A stretch of DNA of 64,000 nt from the NCBI GenBank assembly GCA_012026655.1, contig JAAILG010000567.1, positions 1 to 64,000 on the forward strand, written 5' to 3'. The notes under the pieces were generated by a model, which worked only from the letters and a program-made list of their open reading frames with translations, was not told the origin of the DNA and ran no database searches. Below, piece after piece: positions 1-13,269 of the stretch. A program made the translations under genes and the position numbers. Position 1 is the stretch's first letter. Each line of letters begins with the position of its first letter. The DNA comes from Hydrolagus affinis (taxonomy: Eukaryota).

Positions 1-185
1 GGCGAGGGTGGGGGTTATATGGTCGCGGAGGCGGGTGCGGGATAATACACGGGCTGCAGAGTTTTGGATGACCTGCAGCCTGTGAATGGAGGAACTGGGG
101 AGGCTGACGAGGAGAGAGTTGCCATAGTCCAGCCTTGAGGTGATGTACGCGTGCACGAGTGTTTCGGCAGCATGGGGGGTAAGAT
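1..185 (-). mobile_element. L2 RT C-terminal fragment
   Basis: Minus strand reads ETLVHAYITSRLDYGNSLL. Confidence 0.8.
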
Positions 186-847
186 AATTGCGGATCTACT
201 TATTGTAGTCACTGAGCTTTTTTTGCACACAGGAAACCACCAGCTTTCCAACACACGTAGTATAGTACAATACATATATACCAGCATTGAAGCACAAGTA
301 GCTTAGGTTGTGTTTTGTCATTGCTGCCCATGAACCGAGCACAGGAGTGCATTTGCGGGCATTGACAGGCATTATCTAGATCACGTAGAGTTTGCCCATT
401 TTATAGCACTGGAAACCAGCCATGGATTGACAGGCCAAACGTCTTAAGCAATCCCGCGTTTTATTAGGTTGTATTGGAATGGATTTTTATTCCAATCCAC
501 TCTGAGCCTCACATTTTTCTATATTATAAAGCTAGCACAGCTGGAGACTAACTGTGAGTAAACTGGAAGACTGTAATTCGATCAACAGAGATTCTGCTAA
601 CATCATGAAGTGCATGTGCAAAGCTCAAATGGTTTATGACCATCATTTAAGTCCTAGACGTACATTATAGCTTTGAACTCATTCCCAGGTATCCATTATT
701 TTTCAATGTATACTGTTTCATGGGGAAAGTGGAAGAGCTTAAGTTATGTTATTTGCGTGAACTTCTGCTCTTCATGCTCTATATCAAATGCATTAGTGAC
801 CCTATCACCCCAATCCTCTTGCCTATCTCCACCAGCTCCCCATCCCC

Positions 848-1272
848 CAGAGGATAGAGTTCAAATCCTCGTCCTCAATTTCAAAGCTCTCTATTGATTG
901 GCTCCCCTCTAACTCTGTGACCTACTAATTCCATTTGGACCTTACTCCTCAGCCTGCTGGAGCCTGGTGAGGACCCCAACCTGGCCCACCACACTATTAA
1001 TAGCTGGGCATTTAGCCTCTCCACCCATTCCCTTTCGAAGATCCTACAGTCCCTTTGCCTCGCCCCTTCCTTGCCTCCTTAAAGGCCCTTCTCAAGACCA
1101 TCCTCTTCGACTGCGTCTTGAGTCACCTTCCCTGCCTCCTACCCCACCCCCACCCCACCACCACTGATCTCAACCTCCAGCGGGAGTCCAAATCTCTGAC
1201 TGTCCAGCACTTTGGAACATCCACCTGATGTGAAAGGCACTATACAAATGTACAGTAATTTGTTGTTGTTGG
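848..1272 (+). mobile_element. L2 3-prime fragment
   Basis: RIEFKIL-type start; terminal stem-loop and ttgttgttgtt. Confidence 0.75.
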
Positions 1273-2329
1273 TATACAATGAAATTCAAAGTAATCTATT
1301 AAGAGAACTAATGATTGCATTATGTAAGTACAATATAAGTACAGTATATTGTAGTAGAAATGCCAGGCATTATACTTATTATATTCACAAGCTGTCACGG
1401 GAACATGTAGGTACATTTATTGTAATGCAATCCAATTTATATTCATATAACGCATTCATGTCAGGAGCATGTCTCAAAGCACTTAACATTGGGGAATCAG
1501 AGTGAGGGTGGAAGCCAAAGAGGGTGAGGAGGGGTAGGTTGATCAAAAGTCATGAACTACAGGGGGACGAGTTGGGGAAACTGACAAGCAGGGAGTTTGT
1601 ATAGTTGAACCTTGATGTTATGAATGCATGTATGAGGGTCTCGGCTGCCTGCGTTGTGAGACAGTGGCGGAGCCACACAATGTTGCGGAGGATAATAGGA
1701 TTGCTAGAGCAGGGCACATGAAGGAAGCTGGTACTCGCTGAACAAAGGGAGCGGTGGGGATAGTTGGGTTGAAGGAGGTTGCAGAGTAGGATGCACGTAT
1801 TTAGTGACTAAAATTAGTCATTAATAAAGTGGACACAAACTATGATGTTGGATTGGGGAATTTACCTGCACATACTTCTCATTTGTGTCAATCGAGTAAC
1901 TGAACATCTTTGATTTGATTTTGTATCAAGTTTTTAAAAATATATTCACGAGAAAGCAATGAAGGAGAAAAAAAATGCATTTCATAGGATTTATATCAGG
2001 CTGGATACTTTGCACACATTCTCCTCACTCTTTGACAAGGCGCCTTTAATGCTTTTTGTCACCGTGAACACAATATCAATTACAACTTCCAACATAATCC
2101 AAAAAGGTTTCACAATACCAATGTCAAGGTGTAATCTGTATTTATATTTCTCAATACTATAAGTACAGTACTACCCTTTATTCGCCTGTTCATTGATATC
2201 AGAGAGAACCTTTTGTTTCAGTTAAGTAAAACCATAGAGCATAATAGGTATTAATCGATTATTATTTGGTAGACCTACAATAGTGTAACCAGAACTTTAA
2301 TCTCTAAACACCATGGGGATAAGGAAACT

Positions 2330-2520
2330 GAGTACACTGACCACTCAAGTATAGGACTGAAGGAGGCTGGCTTTGATAGAGGAGCCATTCTTTGAATGAG
2401 ACGTTGAACTAAGTTTTCGTCTGTCCTTCACGTGAATGTTCAAGATCCCATGATATTATTCAAAAAGAGAAGTCAAAAAGACTTGGCCAAGGTTCAGGTC
2501 AACAATCCTGATTAAATTGA
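2330..2520 (+). mobile_element. Deu-domain SINE fragment
   Basis: atgagacgttgaac..aagatcccatgatattattcaaaaagag. Confidence 0.65.
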
Positions 2521-3689
2521 TGTGATAAAATGCCATACAAAGTTATTTATTTCAACTGCTTACAGCCACTGCTGGCAGAAATTTTTTAAGTTTAACTGAA
2601 TAACATCTCCGTTCCTCACAATCTTTATGCTATATGTCAAACAGAAGATGCCCTGAAGTGATTTATGGGTTGTGAGAGATCTCTAGATTAAGATGATGCT
2701 AATGAGCTACTTAAACATTGCTCCCCTGTGGTTTATGATCTCATCTGAACTTACATTACTCCCTTGTAATTGTTCCCAGCTGTTTATTATTTGCTATTTA
2801 TGTATTAAATGTTTCCTAAAACCCTGATAACATCGAGTATAAAGCATGAATTCCTAGATAGTCATCAACACTAATATTTCAAAGCAATGGTGAACTATTT
2901 GCTCTTTACTCTGGTTGTTCAAATACATGTAGCGCTGAATGACAAAGTATATGTGTCACATTCATTACCTAAAAAGGAATAGGTACAGGGATATGGGAAA
3001 AGGGAATAGGAAATGGGACCAAAGTATTGTTCTTAAAAGACAAAGGGCTTCTTATGTGCAGTAGATTTATTTGGTTTTATGGTTAATTAGCATGAATAAT
3101 GCTATTTTGAAGTTTCACTTCACTTTTAGAATGAAAGATTTCCACAAATTATTTTTCATGTATCGCTTCAATCTCATTATTTATTGAAGCAGAATCATGA
3201 TGGTACAAACAATCAATTCATCCTTTCTGATTATCGTTTGAAAAATATAGTAAAAACAATCTTAAAACAAACATTTAAGTATTTACAGACTATTATGCTC
3301 AGACACATGATGGTGCCACATTATTGTAAAGTTTCTATGCACTGTGCAATGCACTTAGAGAATTCAGTTACTTAAGAGAGCACAAGGCAAGAAAAAGTCC
3401 TTCAGCCCATTAACCTTGTTTTAACACAAGCCTGCAGAAATCTATTGTATCATGGACTCCAAGCTGTGGAGAGATCTGTATTATAAATACACCCTGAACA
3501 CCAAAGACAATCAAACTTAAACTTAAAAATATTTATCTCTCTCCACATCCATCAATTCAATCCCGACTGCACTCATAACTTACTTTATGAGTAAGTTCAG
3601 TTACTCATATGAACTTGTATATAGTATGCGTACAGTTGTATGAGCAACTTCATGCATTGTTATGCTAGGATATTGGGAGAATTGGGATT

Positions 3690-4098
3690 GGGATCTTTAA
3701 TGTCCATCTGAACTAGGCAGACAGGACCTCAATAACAACAACAAGAACTTTAATTTATATAGTGCCCTCCATTCCGGACGGTGTCAGAGCGCTTCACAGT
3801 AGCGGATCCCAGGACCGAGCCAGGGGCAGGGGTAGAAAGGTGACCAAAGACTTTAGCTGTGACCTGAAACTGGGAAGAGAGGGGGCAAGGCGAAGGGAGT
3901 GAGGAAGGGAGTTCCAGAGCCTTGGAACCTCAGTTTAATGTCTCATCTTAAAGATGGATTTGTGACAAAGCAGCAATCCCCTAGTACTGCACTGGAGTGA
4001 CAACCTGGACTATGTGAGTACAACGTTCCAATGTGTGTCTTGGACACACAACCGTCTTTCTGAGAGGTACATTTGCTACCAATGGAGCCAGGCTGAAA
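3690..4098 (-). mobile_element. Deu-domain SINE interrupted by an L2 3-prime end (3732-3926; acctca TSD)
   Basis: gggatctttaatgtccatctgaa..gacaggacctca[L2]acctcagtttaatgtctcatc. Confidence 0.7.
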
Positions 4099-4285
4099 CT
4101 TTCACATTCTTGGTATAGTCACACATCATTAAAGACACTACATGTAATGCCAACCACTTTACAATATATTCTATGAAGCAATTTTAGATGTCTCAACATT
4201 GGATATCAAATGCAAGGAGTACTATTAACCAGAATTGAAGCCCAATTATATCTTGAGACATTTTTTCTAGTGCTTATCAACTCAC

Positions 4286-5715
4286 CCAGTTTTAGCAAAA
4301 TTTGTCCAATATGACATAATTTGTTGGTTCAGCACATGTTCTTCCTCTCCTATAAGTGGTCCTGCAAATATTGGTATCCCAAATACAAATGTAAGCTCAT
4401 CACCGTGCCCTGCTCCGATCCACTCAGGCAACACAGATGCATTAGGTCGCCTGGTAAAATAATATACATAAACTTTGCTGGCTTTGGTTATAAAGTCACT
4501 TGTCATAACCAATGGTGCAACAAAGCCGACATCACCAACCGCATCCAGTGTTTGCCTCTGGATGTGGAATGAGCTGTAATTCAGGTCCATCCAATCTCTG
4601 TATTGCCATAATATAGCATCAGACACAGTCTTCATTTTCTCTGTCTCTGCTTGAAGAAACAACATTATGTAATTAGCAAAATCAGCTTGCGATTTGATCT
4701 CCTTTATCCATGGCCAGAAAGTACTTCCTTCATGACTATTGACCCCTGCCATATAGGAGAACCGTCCCACTAAGCTTATATTTTCAAAGAGTTCTAGTGG
4801 TGGTTTGGGAAGAAATGATCCATCTATTGTTGGTACAAATGTAAAGTTAAAGTTTGTCAGTTGAATGGCACCCTCAATGAGCTCCAGAGTTCTTTTTCTT
4901 TGTAGGCAACTGATGAGCTTTAGGCTATCACCAACTGGGCAAGATACAATGGAGGCAAGTTTTTCCACCCAGGGGAGAGGATTGTCCAACTGTGTTGCCC
5001 AGGGTGTGATAGGTACCCCACTATCTAAAATTGCTCGTTTAAAAAGCCCCGAGCTGAGTGGTGATAGACATTGTAATCCAACACTCGCACCTCCTGAAGA
5101 CTGTCCAAATATTGTGATAGCATTTGGATTGCCACCAAAGTTCCTGATATTGGCTTTTACCCACAGAATTGCAAATTGTTGGTCAAGAAGTCCACTGTTG
5201 CCGACTGCAGCACTATCCCCTGTGGAAAGAAAGCCAAGCACTCCTAATCTATAATTGATGGTCACGACAACAACTTGCCCAAAGTCAGCCAGAACGTGAG
5301 CCTTATAGTTTCCAGAACCAAGGACAAAGGCTCCTCCATGGATCCATACCATTACAGAGAATAATTCACTGGTAACATCTGGAATTCTCTCTTTATGGGG
5401 AACATAGATATTCAGCCGAAGACAGTCTTCGTTGCCATACAACTGACCAGAAGATAGAAGTTGTTGAGGACATATTGGACCAAATTTGATTGTATCAAGA
5501 GGCTTCTTCCATCCAGGGTGTGGTTGGGGAGGTTGGAATCGAAGGGATTTCATGGGAGGTGCAGCATATGGTATTCCAAGATAGCATTCCACACCTTTGT
5601 TGTCCCATTGCTCCAATTTCCCCCTAACCAAGCCCAGTGTTGTTTGTCTAGTGAAGTTACTGGACACTGGCAATATATAAAAGCCACAAAGAAGAATGAA
5701 AATTCCACAACTCAT
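4286..5715 (-). CDS. Large first coding exon of a secreted type-B carboxylesterase/cholinesterase-family (alpha/beta hydrolase) enzyme
   Basis: 477-aa ORF with Kozak gccacgATG and a hydrophobic signal peptide. Family motifs: GIPYAAPP, EDCLRLNIY, oxyanion HGGAF, NYRLG, nucleophile GQSSGG, acid NSHEG, His GHGDEL. It ends WTNFAKTG at a GG|GTGAG donor (GT at 4285-4284). Confidence 0.95.
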
Positions 5716-6473
5716 CGTGGCAAAATCCAGTAGACAAATCCCCTCAGAGCATTTGCTGTCCGTTAAAAGGTTTTACCAGTGTTACTTTTCCTTATCAGTT
5801 GAAACTTTAATCTTTGGTCTCATCCATGTGGACTTAAATTGTTTTATAATATACTTTAGAGATTAGATAAGCTTTTGTTTTTTAAAATAAATTCACAATT
5901 GAATCATAAAAATACATAACTTATGTTTTGAACTTTACAAACCTCGTGGTATTTTTTTCCATTGTACTTTTTTTATTGATTGCTATGAAGCATAAAATAA
6001 TTGGTAAAGAAAGAATGTTATAGGTTGAATCAATCATACAATCTGTGCAGAATCTGTGTCTATATATGTGGACACTTCAGTTTTTAAAACTTGTATTTTA
6101 TGATCACAAACCACAGTGACTGCACTTTACAGTTCTGTACTGTATATCCTTTGACCTGCTTTGGGATGTCCTTTTGAAGTGAATGTTGCTATGCCAAATG
6201 TAAAGATTACTGTTATTATCATCACTCAGTTATTGATGTTCAACATTATATCTGAATCCATTAGAGATCACAGGAGAAATTCAAATACTGATGACCCTGA
6301 GAGCCATTTGATCTCATCCTTTCAGAATAACCTAAAATTTTGTTGGTTCCAAGCATTGAAAACACATCAAGGATAGTCTAATTTTCTTCCCATTTACTCA
6401 CCTCTCCTGAAGGAGTTATGGTACAATGCTATACAAATGCATTGGTCCCTCATGTATCCTCCCTCATAATTAA

Positions 6474-6832
6474 TTGGTTGCACTCTTGCCTCTGAGTTAA
6501 AAGGTTCTTGGTTCACACATTACATTGGGATTTTAAAGCCCTATAGTTTATGCTGACATTTCAATGCAGTGCTGGGGGTGTGCTGCGTTGTTAGTGATGC
6601 TGTCCTTCTGATGAGACGTTAAACTGATGTCCCATCTGCCCATTAACTTGGACACTAAAGATACTATTCAAAAACAGAAGAGAATTTCTCCCAGTATCCT
6701 GGCCAACAATCTCCCAAATAAAATGGGTCATTCACTTCGTGTTTATAGAAGATTTACAATGTGCAAACAGGCTACCACCTTTGCCTACAAATACATAGTC
6801 ACTAAACTTTACACTTGTAAATCCTTGTGAAG
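6474..6832 (+). mobile_element. Old Deu-domain SINE (SacSINE1/AmnSINE1-like)
   Basis: tRNA head ctcttgcctctgagt..ggttc followed by Deu motif gatgagacgttaaac..tcctggccaaca. Confidence 0.75.
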
Positions 6833-7074
6833 TATTGTATTTTTAAATGGGATTGAAAGCCAACAATGGGAGGATAAGATAAAGAGGTAGGGAGAGGGAA
6901 TTCCAGAGGGTGAGGGGATCATGGCTAAGCAGTTTCACAATGGCATTTATTGCAAGAAGGATAGAAGCATTAATTTTCCACATGTGGTTTGAGATTCGGT
7001 GTCTTTAGAAGTGCGGTTTTATAGCTTGTGCTATCACTCCAGGCTCCTATGTTGTAACTAGTTATCTCTAATGT

Positions 7075-7545
7075 TATCTCAGAGGATAGAGTTCAAAATC
7101 CTTGTTTCTGTCTTCAAGGCCCTCCACGACCTTGCTCCTTCCTGCCTCTGGGACCTGCTGACCCCATATTTACCTGTCCTCCAAATAGCAAGCTCCGGCC
7201 TTCTCCACATCCCCCAATATCAGTGGTCAAGCATTCCATCCTTTGGAACTCCATCCCACATTCCCTTCACCTCACTCCCTCCCTTGCCTCCTTCAAGGCA
7301 CATCTCAAGACCCCTTTCTTCACCCACGCATTCAACCTACCATCCTACTCCTCCCAATCCCTGATTAAGGGATATGGGGATAAGGTGGATAAATAGAATT
7401 AGAATAGAAGATCAGCCATGATCTTATTAAATGGCGGGGCAAGCTCGAGAATGGCCTACTCCTGCTCCTACTTCTTATATACCCGCCTTGGGACATCCTC
7501 CCAACATGAAAGGTGGTATACAAATGTAATTTTGTATTGTATTAT
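7075..7545 (+). mobile_element. L2 3-prime fragment containing a CR1 (HER1-like) 3-prime UTR insertion at 7365-7480
   Basis: QRIEFKILVSVFKALHDLAP; insert gatcagccatgatcttattaaatggcgg..tggcctactcctgctcc. Confidence 0.75.
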
Positions 7546-7933
7546 TTTTGTTAACAACTTGGCCTCTTGGCTGTGACAGTTTAGAAAGTAAATGGGCACT
7601 ACTGCAGTTACTAAAGCAATACACTTTTTCAGTGTATATATTCCTGCAACAACAGCTAGATCTGAGAAAGCTTGATTGTCACTTGCAATAAGATCTGAAC
7701 TAAATCTGAAATGTAGTGTTTAAACCGTAAAACGGAGCCAAAGAATAATGATTACTCAGGGCGATCCCTGAGAGACACCTAACCAAACAAACCCTAGGTG
7801 GATTTATGGTATTTCGTAGCAAATTTCTTCATTAAAAATATATAACTATTGAAATTCTACAGTATTGATTGTGTTGAAGATATACTTAAATTTTGTATGG
7901 CTAATTCTTCTTTGTAAATTCTCCCCATGGCAA

Positions 7934-8246
7934 ATAATAATAATCCTTGCATTTGATTTAGTGCTTTTCACGTCTTCTAGACAACTTAAAGCACTTCATA
8001 GAGTATAGTGTAAAGTGAACTCACTGTATATTTGTGGGCGAAATGCGGCAGCCAATTGCGCACAGCAATGTCCCACAAACAGTCGTGGATTGAAATGATC
8101 AATTAAAAAATTTTTTTTAGAGGAGTTATTATTAAGCATGTGGCGTAAGGAAACTTGAGCAAGGTTTCGCCCTGACCTGCCTGGATTAGAACACAGGTCT
8201 CATGCTTGTAAGACGAGTGCTCTAATCACTGAGCTACAGGACTCTA
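7934..8246 (-). mobile_element. Young tRNA-derived SINE, short form, full length
   Basis: A box (tagctcagtg.ttag) and B-box-like gttc.aatcc head, aagtttccttac core, L2-like tail ending aaatgcaaggattattatta. Confidence 0.9.
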
Positions 8247-8645
8247 CAAATGAATTGACTGTATGTGGCCGAACTGCGGCAACCAATTGTGCACAGCAGT
8301 GAATTAGCGGTGGATCACTTGACTGGAGTGTAGAGTGTTCAACTTCTTTCGACCAGGTTGTCACACACACACATATCCAGTAGAGGGTATCGAAGAGAGA
8401 CCTTTTTGGGGTCAGCCAGATTTCTGACACATATGGAAACCCATCACCATGCGAAGAGAAACCAGTCAGAGAGTTTCACATGTGTGTGCCGCCTACACAT
8501 GGAAATTTCCCCGTGACTAGAGTGGAAGGTGCATCAACAATGCAGCACACCCTCAATACTGTATTGGAGAGTCAGCCTAGACTTTGTGAGTTCAAAGGAC
8601 TGACATGGGACTTGAACCAGAAAATGTTGAGTCAGAGGTTAGAGT

Positions 8646-8778
8646 TTAAAACAAAAACAAAAGTTGCTGGAGAAACACAGCAGGTCAAACAGCATCCATG
8701 GAGAAAGGAAAAAGAGTCAACGTTTCGGGTCTGTTGTTGTTTCAGATTCCCAGCATCTGTAGTATTTTGTGTTTTGTT
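8646..8778 (-). mobile_element. Penelope-like terminal repeat copy, ribozyme core truncated, with an inverted segment
   Basis: gctggagaaacacagcaggtcaaacagcatccatggagaaaggaaaaagagtcaacgtttcgggtc matches the 39658 copy. Imperfect flanking duplication ttagag(aa)tttaaaac. Confidence 0.6.
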
Positions 8779-9042
8779 AGAGAATTTAAAACTGCGTGAG
8801 CACAGGCTGACCCCAGATCTAACTGAGAGGCTCAAATAAATTCAGATGCATGATGCAGATACTGTGTATGGTTCAGTATTGCAGTATTGACTATGTTTTA
8901 CAATATGCATTGAACAAAAAGGAAACAATTTTAATAACCAGTGGCTCAATTATACAGTACTGTATATACAAATGCAATTCTGTTGTTGATGTATATGATT
9001 GAAACAAATGACTTGGAGATAAATTCACTTACTTTCACCAGA

Positions 9043-9660
9043 TGCAACAACAATTTGCACTTATATAGCACCCTCCTTGCAGGGTAGTACCTCATAGCGC
9101 TAAACACTGGCGGAGTGGGGAAGGGGGGTGAGGGGAGAAAAACCGTAAGCGAACAGGAAGGTTTTCAGGTGGGAGTGAAGGGTGGGTGGAGTGGTGGGGG
9201 CATGGTGAAGGAATTGAGGGAGAGTGTTCCAGAGTTTTGGGGCATAGAGGGTGAAAGCACAACCTCCTAGTGCAACAGAGGGTGCAGGGGACTAGCAGGA
9301 GGCCATTGCCATTTGAGCAGAGGCAACAGGTGGATTGGGGAGTGTGGAGGTCAGAAAAGTAGGGAGGTGAAAGGGAGTGAGTGGATTTGAACACGAGTGT
9401 GAGGATCTTGAAGTCAATCTGTTTGGTTATGGGGAGCCAGTGGAGCCTGGCCAGAAGAGATGAGTTGGGGTACAGAGTTTGGCCTGTGCAAAACGCAGGC
9501 AGCAGAGTTCTGAATGAGCTAGATTTTCTGAATGGTGGAGCTGGGGAGATCGGCAACGAGGGCATTTGAATAATTCAGGCAGGAGGTGACAAATGCATGC
9601 ACAAGGGTTTGGGCTGTATTTGGGGTAAAGTACGGTCAGAGGCGGGCAATGTGGCAGAGG
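9043..9660 (-). mobile_element. L2 3-prime fragment
   Basis: LARLHWLPITKQIDFKILTLVFK; terminal (TTG)n. Confidence 0.85.
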
Positions 9661-9854
9661 TGGAGTTATTACTGGGTTGTAAAGTAGTGGGAGTTTTGTC
9701 ATATTCACACCAAAGCAATTCTCTCTATTTTGCACAATTGCTGCTATCTTGCCTAATCTAGGCAATAAAATCAGTTAATCATGCTGTACAAGGAAGTATC
9801 AATGATTATCACTGTTTATGGCACCTGAACAGAGAGTCAGTTGCTGTTGTTCCA

Positions 9855-10135
9855 ATGCAGTGCTTTGGATGAGCCGTTAAGCCAAGGTCCTATCTGGCTG
9901 TTCACGTGGAAATTAAAGATCCTAGGGCATTATTTGAAAAGAGAAGTTTATTCCGATGTCCTGGACAACAATCCCCCAATAAAATTGGTTGTTTCATTTG
10001 TGGGGGCATAAATTTGGCTGCAGGATCCCCCCACAAAATACACAGTCACACCACTTGACAGTAAATTGTGTGCTGCGCTTTTGGATGTCCTCCTGACATG
10101 ACATCCACTATTTCAAATGCAATAATTATTATTAT
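9855..10135 (+). mobile_element. Deu-domain SINE (Deu domain plus tail)
   Basis: ggatgagccgttaagccaaggtcc..aaagatcctagggcattatttgaa. Confidence 0.7.
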
Positions 10136-10557
10136 ACATGGTGAAACAAACACCGCAAGGTCCTGAAGTGTGCTTAAAGAAAGCAAGACTTGTAAAATAC
10201 ATGATGAGGAAGCAAAGGAAGCCAAAACATAGTGACTTTTAGGAGTAGGAATGGTCATTGGGAATCGAGGGAACAGGGAAACGATGGAGCAAATTGGAGG
10301 ATGTGGAACAATTTTAAACCTACTGAACAATTTGGCAAATTGCAGGACCCACTGGCATCAAATGTAACTTTCCAGATTGCCAACTGATTTCACAATTCTA
10401 TCTGCCGTCCTGTGGCCCCAATGGATAATGGCCTTTCTTTTCCAGAACCTGATTTATCCAGTGTGTTTTTAAACATTTTTATGCCTTGTTTCCAATTTCG
10501 AGTACTGTACCCACAATTGCTTAATTTACTTCTGCACTTGGCCCTATTTGACATATT

Positions 10558-10925
10558 GTGGAGTCCTGTAGCTCAGTGGTTAGAGCATTCACCTTGTATT
10601 CCAGAGGGGTTTGGTTTTCGGCAGTCTAAAATGTTTGGTATGTTGGGTATATTTCTTTACTCTACATGCCTCTATTTGCCTAACAGTAAGTAGGAACCCG
10701 TTTTTTTAGTCGAATGATGGATTGCTTTTCCTGGGGCAATGATGCCTTGAAAAAAACAATAAATTGGACACTTCAATCCATGACTGTTTGTGGGACACTG
10801 CTGTGTGCAATTTTGTGTTTTACCTACAAAATATAGTCAATTCACTTTACAGTATACTGTATGAGGTGCTTTGAGATGTCTCGAAGACGTGATAAGATGC
10901 TATAGCAAATGTAATGATTATTATT
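10558..10925 (+). mobile_element. Long-form SINE with CORE/Meta-like internal segment
   Basis: Same head and tail plus extra cctctatttgcctaacagtaagtaggaacc. Confidence 0.8.
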
Positions 10926-11536
10926 GTTGTATCATCTCAACAATGGTCTTTTGTGCTCTGAGCATTGTTCTTAAATACATCTTTCAGGAGTGATATGAAC
11001 TCATTGATTCCATTGTGACACTTTTGTGCGGCGTTATGAATCTTGTGGGCTTATTTTATTGGTCTTTCCAGACACCAATTTGCAGGAATTGGTGCCTTCA
11101 TTCCAAGTGTTAAATAGGACCAGTTACTTCCAGGATGCTGTGTAAAGAGCTTGAACTCTTCCAACTTGAATTATCATTCATTCCGCTTTCACAGAGTAAG
11201 CTTAAATTACCCAGTGATCTCTTCACAGTACAAACACCAGGTGGCAATATTGTGTCTCAGAAAAGTCAAAGTATCCTTCCAGCTAAACTTCCTCTTCAGT
11301 GTTACAAGGTTTAGTCAGGCACACTTTTATTTAAGATATTTGCTGTTCGTAAGAAAAAATTCGAATGGGGTAGGATTTCTGAATTTTTTTTCACAAATAA
11401 TTTTTTTTAACTTATTACTCAAGAAAGTGTTTATTTTTATTAAGTTATCTGTGCATTTTCTGAACAGTTGTACTGGTTTGGATAAGTTTTACCTTAAATT
11501 ATTTTCTAGTCGTCAATTTTTTTTTTCTCTTTTGGT

Positions 11537-11772
11537 CAGCCCGGTGTCTCACATGCGGAAACCCATGCTAAGGAGTATCCAAACCAAGCTGAGCTTTCCA
11601 TGCACACCACACATGGAAATCGCACAGATAAATGGTTGCAATGGAATGCGCACTTTCGCCCTGGAGGGACTCATCCTGCTTTCCTAATCCCAGAAAGTAT
11701 TAGGCGCAAGTTAGCCAGAGCCAAGGCTTGGGCACCCGAGACTGTATGTTGGGGTAACTGCTGGATTCCAAC
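11537..11772 (+). repeat. Unclassified interspersed repeat family (also 18985-19460 on minus, 53655-53850, 8410-8510, 36120-36172 on minus)
   Basis: Shared blocks gtatccaaaccaa..ccatgcaca..catggaaat..aatggaatgcgcact..ctaat.ccagaaag..ccaaggcttggg. Confidence 0.75.
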
Positions 11773-12465
11773 CACACACACAACCACAAATTTACACTTG
11801 TAGAGCACCTTTCACGTCAGGAGGATGTCCCAAGACGTTGAACAGTTTGGGGTCAGGACCCGAGCACTACATAAATGCAACTGTTGTATTAGCACTACAT
11901 GTTAAACACGGAAAGTTACAAGTGTGATTTAAAACGAAGAATTTCACTGTCACAGTATCTTTATTGAAAGTCTTGTTCACATGAAAAAAATGACATTGGA
12001 ACAGAAAAATACATCAGGGAAAACAATGGCATTTCAATGTGCAGCAGCAGCACTTATTACGATTGTGGGTTGGGGGAGATACACAGCATTCAAATACATC
12101 TTGCAGACACCACCGATTCTGCAAGTGTTTTTGAAAAAAAACTAATCTTTAACCTAGGGCTGGTGTTTGTGAGGGTGATAAAGTTTAGACTCGAAAAATA
12201 ACCAACATGAATGATTCATTATTGCATCGAAACCCTAACTTAGATATGAAGTACATACAATAAAACCAGCTACAACCGCACAGCTTATTATTGCTATTCG
12301 GCAAGATTTCCCATTGCAGGGTGAACCATCTCATGGATAGGGATATGTGTTTGACAGTAACGGTTAGCCAGGCTGAGTTTATTATACCATTCTGTGCCCA
12401 CAATATACCAAAAGAGTCTTTAAAACAGGGATTAAATTTGAATAACAGCTTTAAGTTCCCCATCT

Positions 12466-12892
12466 GTGGTTAGTGCTTGCTTGAGAGGCGAGAGCACGAG
12501 GCTTGCAGGCAAGAGGTTTGATTTCGCTGTGGGGCAAACCAGTGAGCAAATTTCCTTTCTCCATACACCTGTTTACCTAGCAGTAAGCAAAAACCTGCTT
12601 GTTAGTCAATTGGTGGATCACTTTTCCAGCATAATAATTTTTTCAATAAATAAAAAATAATGTGGTCACTCAATTCACAATTGATTGTGGGAAACTGCTG
12701 TGTGCAATTGGCTGCTGCATTTCACCCACAAAATATGCAGTTCATTCACGTTACAGTATATTCTGTGAAGAACTTTGAGATGTCTCAGAAATGGGATAAA
12801 GACAAACAGACAAAATTACACTCGTATAGTGCCTTTCATGTTAGGAGGACTTCCCAAGGCACTGGAGAGGCGCAATGCAAGGATTATTATTA
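12466..12892 (+). mobile_element. Long-form SINE, diverged, with a small antisense L2 end in its tail
   Basis: gtttacctagcagtaag segment followed by body and tail. Confidence 0.7.
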
Positions 12893-13269
12893 ATCAGAGG
12901 TAGGAAACATGTATAGTACTGTGTGCCTCATTGTTTTATTTGAATGCTAGGTTTGAGCTGAGTTTGAAGGCAGACAAATCACCTCAAAATAGTCCATTTG
13001 CTGTTTGAGCATTGCTCTTCAACTGGTCACAAACCAGCCTTTGAAACCACCTTAGATTTAGAATTGGGATATACTGTATATTTCATACTTCATGTCTTTT
13101 TTAAAAATCCAACCATAAGATGAGAAGAGTTAGACTAATTTCATTTGAAAACAAATCTCTTTGAATCCAGCCCAGAATCCAGCCCAGACTCAGGATATTA
13201 GGATCATATCAGAGGTTAGTAAATTATTGCTATCAGGAAAGATTTGATAATTTCGGTCTTTTTTTATTG

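Noticed and set aside
3678-3700. DPN/NPN-like reading as the next esterase exon
   Set aside because: It lies in the Deu-SINE motif aaagatccca, has the wrong splice phase and lacks a WP motif.
4282-4284. TGA as the true stop of the esterase
   Set aside because: It overlaps a canonical GTGAG donor at a family-conserved intron site, and the fold would lack its C-terminal part.
4321-5733. Plus-strand ORFs 4321-4572, 4865-5254 and 5461-5733
   Set aside because: These are antisense shadows of the esterase exon.
11151-11687. 178-aa ORF as a gene
   Set aside because: It runs through AT-rich intron-like DNA and a repeat; the exon-like signal is in another frame.
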